Positions 59,067 to 64,000 of a stretch of 64,000 nt of DNA are shown one piece after another. The notes beneath the pieces are model-generated. The model did no database searches. It worked only from the letters and a program-made list of their open reading frames with translations, and was not told the origin of the DNA. This DNA is from Callorhinchus milii (lineage: Eukaryota), in NCBI RefSeq assembly GCF_018977255.1, contig NW_024704742.1, forward strand, positions 62,994,001-63,058,000. Direction: 5' to 3'. The first letter of the stretch is position 1, and each line of letters begins with the position of its first letter. A program made the translations under genes and the position numbers.

Positions 59067-60140
59067 GGAAACTTAATGCAAACACAAGGAAGAAGGAGGA
59101 AAGCAAACCTTTTGGCCTCCAAAATTCCTACAAGGGAAAAGTCTACTATTTCCAGACAACTGTACTGTGAAATAAGATTCCCAACTTCAAAGTCAATTGA
59201 AGAATCTCAAGAAGACCCATCTCAAGACCCTCCTCTTTGACTGTGCCTTTGGTCACCCTCCTTTCCCCCTTGCTCTCCACCCTACCCAATCCCAACCCCC
59301 AGCTCGCATCCGAAACACTGATTGTCCAGCATCTTGGAACGTCCTCCCGACATGAAAGATGCTATACAAATGTAATTTTGTTGTTTTTGTTGTTGTTGGA
59401 TGGCTCAATGTGTGCTGTTCAGGATTGACACAAATCATACTCTCATTCTGACAGATATAAACTGAAAGCAAGATCAGACTGACTGCTTTGAGCTTCAGAT
59501 ACAGGCGCAGGCAAGATGCTGAAGACACCATAGCAAAGTTAGGAAACATTTTTTAAAATTATTTGAATGGTGTAAAATCTCCCATGTTCCCTGCATTTAT
59601 TAATTGTATTTTCAGTTCTATGTTTTTACCTCACATCTGTTCCAATGAAGCTAAATAGTGTTCTCCCAGCACTCTGATGGCTAGTTTGTTACTTGCTATT
59701 TAAACACTGAGCAGCCACGGGGGTTATATCTAGTTCCTATGCTAAGTAGATCAAATCACCCGTGGAACAAGTTCCGTCACCTCAATACGCATCTGTTTGG
59801 CCCTGATTTCCTGAGCAACTGTTTCAAGTTCGGCACGAGTAATTGTTACTGTTAGATGTTGTTTCCACTGAGTCACCCCTGAGGTTATTGAAGTGACATT
59901 TCTGCTGGGTATGTACCTGATTATGTAAGGCTATGACCAAATGAAGACCTGTAGTGCACATTGCCTGAGGTACGGCTGTGACAGGCCAACTGAGATTCTT
60001 CAATTGACTTTGAAGTTGGGAATTTTACTTCACAGTACAGTTGTCTGGGAAATAGTAGATTTTTCCCTTGTAGGAATTTTGGAGGCCAAAGGGTTTGCTT
60101 TCCTCCTTTGATATCCTTTGCCTTTACATTGGATGTTTCC
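59067..60140. repeat. ~145-bp inverted repeat pair (59067-59209 and 59991-60140) with an L2 tail (59210-59398) inside
   Basis: ggaggaaagcaaacc.tttggcctccaaaattcctacaagggaaaa...cccaacttcaaagtcaattgaagaatctca and its reverse complement. Confidence 0.9.
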
Positions 60141-61429
60141 AAAACATAAACAAGCTAAATTGGCATCTGGGTGTGTTTCACTTTAAGGTATATGGAAATT
60201 TAAGGTTAAGGCTGGACAGCTTGAATGTCACATCCCAAATAAAAATCCTCACTGCTGTTATAGTACAAGATCTGTCTATAATTGGATGCAGTGATTGAGG
60301 TGTTATCCTTAGATGAGATATTAAAGTTAGGTCCTGTCTATCTGTTCAAGTTTCTGCAGCTTTGCAACTTGAAAAGAGAAGCAGTTTCTCCTGGTATTCT
60401 GGCCAACAATTCACCAAATACGATATATAACCATTCACTTCATGGCTGTTTCTAGGTCATTGTCAGGTGAAAATTGTCCCGAATGTTCACCCACAAAATA
60501 CATAGACATGTACGTAACAATAATTACGACATTTGAACATAGTTAGCCATGGAATATGAGCCCACTCTGCAGTTCAGAAGATCTCAGAAGGTTTTGGCAG
60601 ATTGTGCACACAGAGAGGAGGGAAATTAGAGATTTACAGATATTGACTGAAGATTCAGTCAACCATGTATGTTTTTTTAGGAAGTTTTCAAAGTCAGGGG
60701 AAGTGATACAAGGCAAAGTGATTTGGGAAGAAGTTTGCAACAAGCAGCACATTATTTGATACCCCAGTCATACTGCAGGAACCAGTGAGATATCAATTGC
60801 ATTCTGAACAGCTTAGTGAGCTGGGAGTCAGTGTCATCATCTCCTCACATCACAATGAGCTAGAGAAGGCAGAGATCAGCCACATCTATATTCAAATGGA
60901 TGCAGTGAATTGGTCTCAGAGTCCCAGTGACATTTCTATTGATTGAGCAGAGCTGAAAGGGTAGTCAGTCATTAGAAACTGAGCAGCACTATAAAGGGCC
61001 AATGTGGTTTTAAAAGGCAGAGAATGAGACCTATAGCTGATATGCGGTGCTCACAGTCTGAGACTGTCTGGGGTCTCAGTAGCAATGCCAACATTTGTGG
61101 GAAGTTGGGCCATTATACCTTATAGCTCACACATGGTTTAGTGGAGTGTAGGATATCAACAGCACTCAGTCAAACATGCCTCACAATGTGCCAGGAGTCT
61201 CAAAAAAAATTAAATGACTACTTCTAATATTCTACATCTGAATTATGAAAATATCTGAAAAATTCTCAAACGCTTCCTTTAAATCCCTATATATTATCTT
61301 CTGAAAGTTCTTTCAGCAATTTGAAAAAAACTATCAAATGTTACAGACCACGTTACGTATCGATGTGACATTTGCTGGTCACTCATTGTGAAAAAATGTT
61401 CCGAATAGCAAGTGCGTCTTGTGTGTAAT

Positions 61430-61845
61430 CCTGCCTCAGTTGGTAGCACCCTCACTTTGGAGTCATGGCACTATTGAAAAAGAGAAGAATGTTGCTTTCA
61501 ATTGTCCTAGTCAACAATCTCCTAAATAAAATTGATCATTCACTTCATGGCTGTTTATAGTACATTGATGTGCAAAAACAGTCAATCGTGTGAAGCACTT
61601 TAGGACATTTCGCTGATGTGATAAGGTGCTACATCAAAATCCAAAGATTATTATAATGGGGAACTCATTGCCAGAAGCTTGATTGAAGCAAAAAGCATTA
61701 ACGTATTTCTGAGGAAACTTGATGTTTACATGAGGGGGGAGGAAATTAATGGGTATGGGAGAGGGGATTAGGAGGTGTTGAGTATAAACATTGGTACAAA
61801 CTACTTGGACAAAAGGTCTGTTTCCATGCTATAACTCTTCGCTTA
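61430..61845 (+). mobile_element. Internally deleted Deu-SINE (61430-61655) followed by a CR1 3' end
   Basis: ctcagttggtagcaccctcac head joined to the 3' module; then ggaactcattgcca...ggaaacttgatgtttacatg. Confidence 0.7.
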
Positions 61846-62102
61846 ACTCTGTGTAAAATCAATGACCAATAGAAGAGAATTGCATTCATGTTGTAAGAAT
61901 AACAATTCTGATTTGAAGCTTACAAATCCAGGAAAGGCAGGAATTATGTCTCAATTTACTTTTGTTCATCCTCTACATTCTCAATTTTGAATCAATTCTG
62001 TCACCTTCACATCTGACACTGTGAGCTCATTCAACTGCAGAGGTCTTTCTCCTGCCGCCTCCTGGTTTGGCCTTTGAATGCAATCTTCCCCTTGACTGAG
62101 GG

Positions 62103-62430
62103 TGGTACATAGATTCACTAAAATGAAACCAAGGATGAAAGGATATAATTATGATGAAAGGCATAAAAGGTTGGGGCTGTATTCAGTGGAGCAGACAAAA
62201 GGTTAACAGGGGGATATAATAGAAGTGTTCAGAATGAAGAAAGGCTTTGAGTGGCTAAACACCATTGTGACAAATTATTTCCACTGGTTGGTGAATTGGC
62301 AACAAGAGCATAAACTCAAGGTTATTACCTTGAATCATAAAAAGGGAAAGAAGGAAGATAGAAGGATTTTTATTGCACACAAAAGGTTATTAATATAGAA
62401 TGTATTCCAACTAATGGTTGTTTATCATGT
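62103..62430 (+). mobile_element. Old CR1 ORF2 C-terminal fragment
   Basis: RFTKMKPRMKGYNYDERHKRLGLYSVEQ...GDIIEVFR. Confidence 0.85.
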
Positions 62431-63188
62431 GTACATGGGATGCACAAAGGTGTAGCCTAGGAGGACTTTAGAGATGTAAGGAGGAGCCAGGGAGTTAATG
62501 GAAAAGTGTTGGAAAGTGCTGGGCAAATATGTAGTCATTTCTCATGGACTCAGATATAAGAATTCAATTCAAATTAAAACCTTTCATTGATCCATAAAAA
62601 CGTACAGTAATGCATGTACAAGCAATCGTCATAATGAGGATTTCACAAGAAATCTTCTCAGCCAAATGACACACAGATGTTAGGTTGTGTTTTGTGGCAC
62701 ATTGTGTGTGAGAATGGAAATTAACAGAATGCATGGACACACATTATGTCCTGCTTTCTGTAAAGAAAAGTACTTAAAAAAAAGGACTGATACTTGTGTG
62801 ATTTTGGAGATGGTGACCTCATTAAGCCTTGTACTTTATATGTTTGGAATAGAAGATAATTTCATCTCAGCTCTGGAGCAGCAATTGACAATTAGCAAAA
62901 GCATGTTTGAAAAAGGAAGGCAAGATACCTACAACCTTCTGACTCAGAGGCAAATGAATATTGGACAATGGTAAAATACTGTAATCAGAAGAATGGTTCT
63001 TTCAAAAGACATAGCTCCCACAGGATCAAGAAGAATATTTACTGTGAGATCTGACCACATGTGGTGCAGTAATAACATTGGCTTTCCACTAGGATCAACT
63101 GCGTGGGCCAATTTTTATTCTAAATTTCAGCATTATGATCAACATACAGACAATATCCCACTTAGTGATGCATCAGTACATGATGCGC

Positions 63189-63278
63189 AGTAGACTACAA
63201 TTCAATAGACTACAATTTAATGGATTACAGAACAATAAACTAAAGTACAATAGACTACAGTACAAAAGACAAAATTAT
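63189..63278. repeat. Degenerate 15-bp tandem repeat (~6 units)
   Basis: agtagactacaattc/aatagactacaattt/aatggattacagaac/aataaactaaagtac/aatagactacagtac/aaaagacaaaattat. Confidence 0.8.
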
Positions 63279-63489
63279 ATTGAAAGCTCCTTTCGCTTGG
63301 CAACATGTTTCCATCATATTCTATTATTTCCATATTTACCTCAAACATAAGTGAACCTTTAAACTAAAAGATATTTGAGGCTAAGTTGCATTCTATGAAA
63401 TTCATATTGACTTTAGAAGTTACGTAAAAAGCAATGAATTACTTTTGAAGCGCAGTGACTGTTATTATGGAGGAAAAAACAGCAACTAA

Positions 63490-63938
63490 TTTTTTGGCTT
63501 TTTTGATCAGCCGGGTGTCTCACACCTGCAGAAATCCATGACCATGCTTACGAGTATCCAAACCAAGCTGAGATTTCTCTGCATCCCACCTACACATGGA
63601 AATCCCAGAGATAGATTGTTGGAATGGAATGCACACTCTCTCCCTGGAGGGCCTCATCCTGCTTACCTAATTTCGTAAAGTATTAGGAGCAGGTTGGCAA
63701 AAACCAAGGCTTGGGGACCCCGGAGTGTGCATTGCGGTACTGCTGGAGTCTAACCAACTAAAACCGCTTAGCTTGTCACTGATATTGCTGTCTGGCAAGC
63801 TTTCCCGCTGCTTGTCCAGCTAGGACCAGCCTATCCTTTGGGGCTTTGCCAGGCAGGCTTAAAAGAGCTGAGTAGTATGATTCCCTCCCCTGAGTGACTG
63901 GTCTGTCCTTCCAGGTCCTGCTGATAAGCCTGGCAGCT
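63490..63938 (-). mobile_element. Third, 5'-truncated copy of the RTE-X-like 3' UTR
   Basis: Colinear with 11602-12040; A-rich tail after acacccggctgatc. Confidence 0.85.
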
Positions 63939-64000
63939 AATCTGTGGTAGGAACACATCACAAATAGCAATGAAATGAACAACCAATTAATCAGTCTTTG

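Noticed and set aside
60556..60759. 67-aa ORF with protein-like composition
   Set aside because: Length is within chance expectation; no motif or splice support
63135..63350. ORF with an NRLQF/NRLQY pentapeptide repeat
   Set aside because: Product of a degenerate 15-bp tandem repeat; no gene context
1..64000. Recurrent aaatgcaaggattattatt motif as a CRISPR-like or regulatory array
   Set aside because: Irregular spacing on both strands; these are dispersed SINE tails in a vertebrate genome

Overview
Eukaryotic, repeat-dense, apparently non-coding DNA (large intron or gene desert). The repeat repertoire points to a cartilaginous fish and resembles what I recall of holocephalans such as Callorhinchus; this is an inference from recognition, not a database result. 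I found no convincing host exon, true tRNA/rRNA gene or CRISPR array. The window is a layered mosaic of L2 LINE fragments (one spanning APE to the 3' tail with a nested antisense L2), CR1 fragments (one young and internally deleted), a tRNA-Ala-headed SINE in long and short forms, a Deu-domain SINE, and old LF-SINE-like and AmnSINE2-like relics. The most interesting items are: (1) Penelope-like remnants carrying a minimal hammerhead ribozyme core, one of them a ~200-bp fold-back flanked by a 14-bp target duplication; (2) an RTE-X-like, CCHC-bearing LINE with a long conserved poly(A)-ended 3' UTR in three copies; (3) a 3' stem-loop shared by L2s and SINEs that shows compensatory base changes and also inserts alone as 60-70-nt units; (4) a Zenon-like CR1 relic, two candidate solo LTRs, local direct and inverted duplications, and homeodomain-site-rich unique blocks. 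Boundaries were set by eye and may be off by tens of bases.
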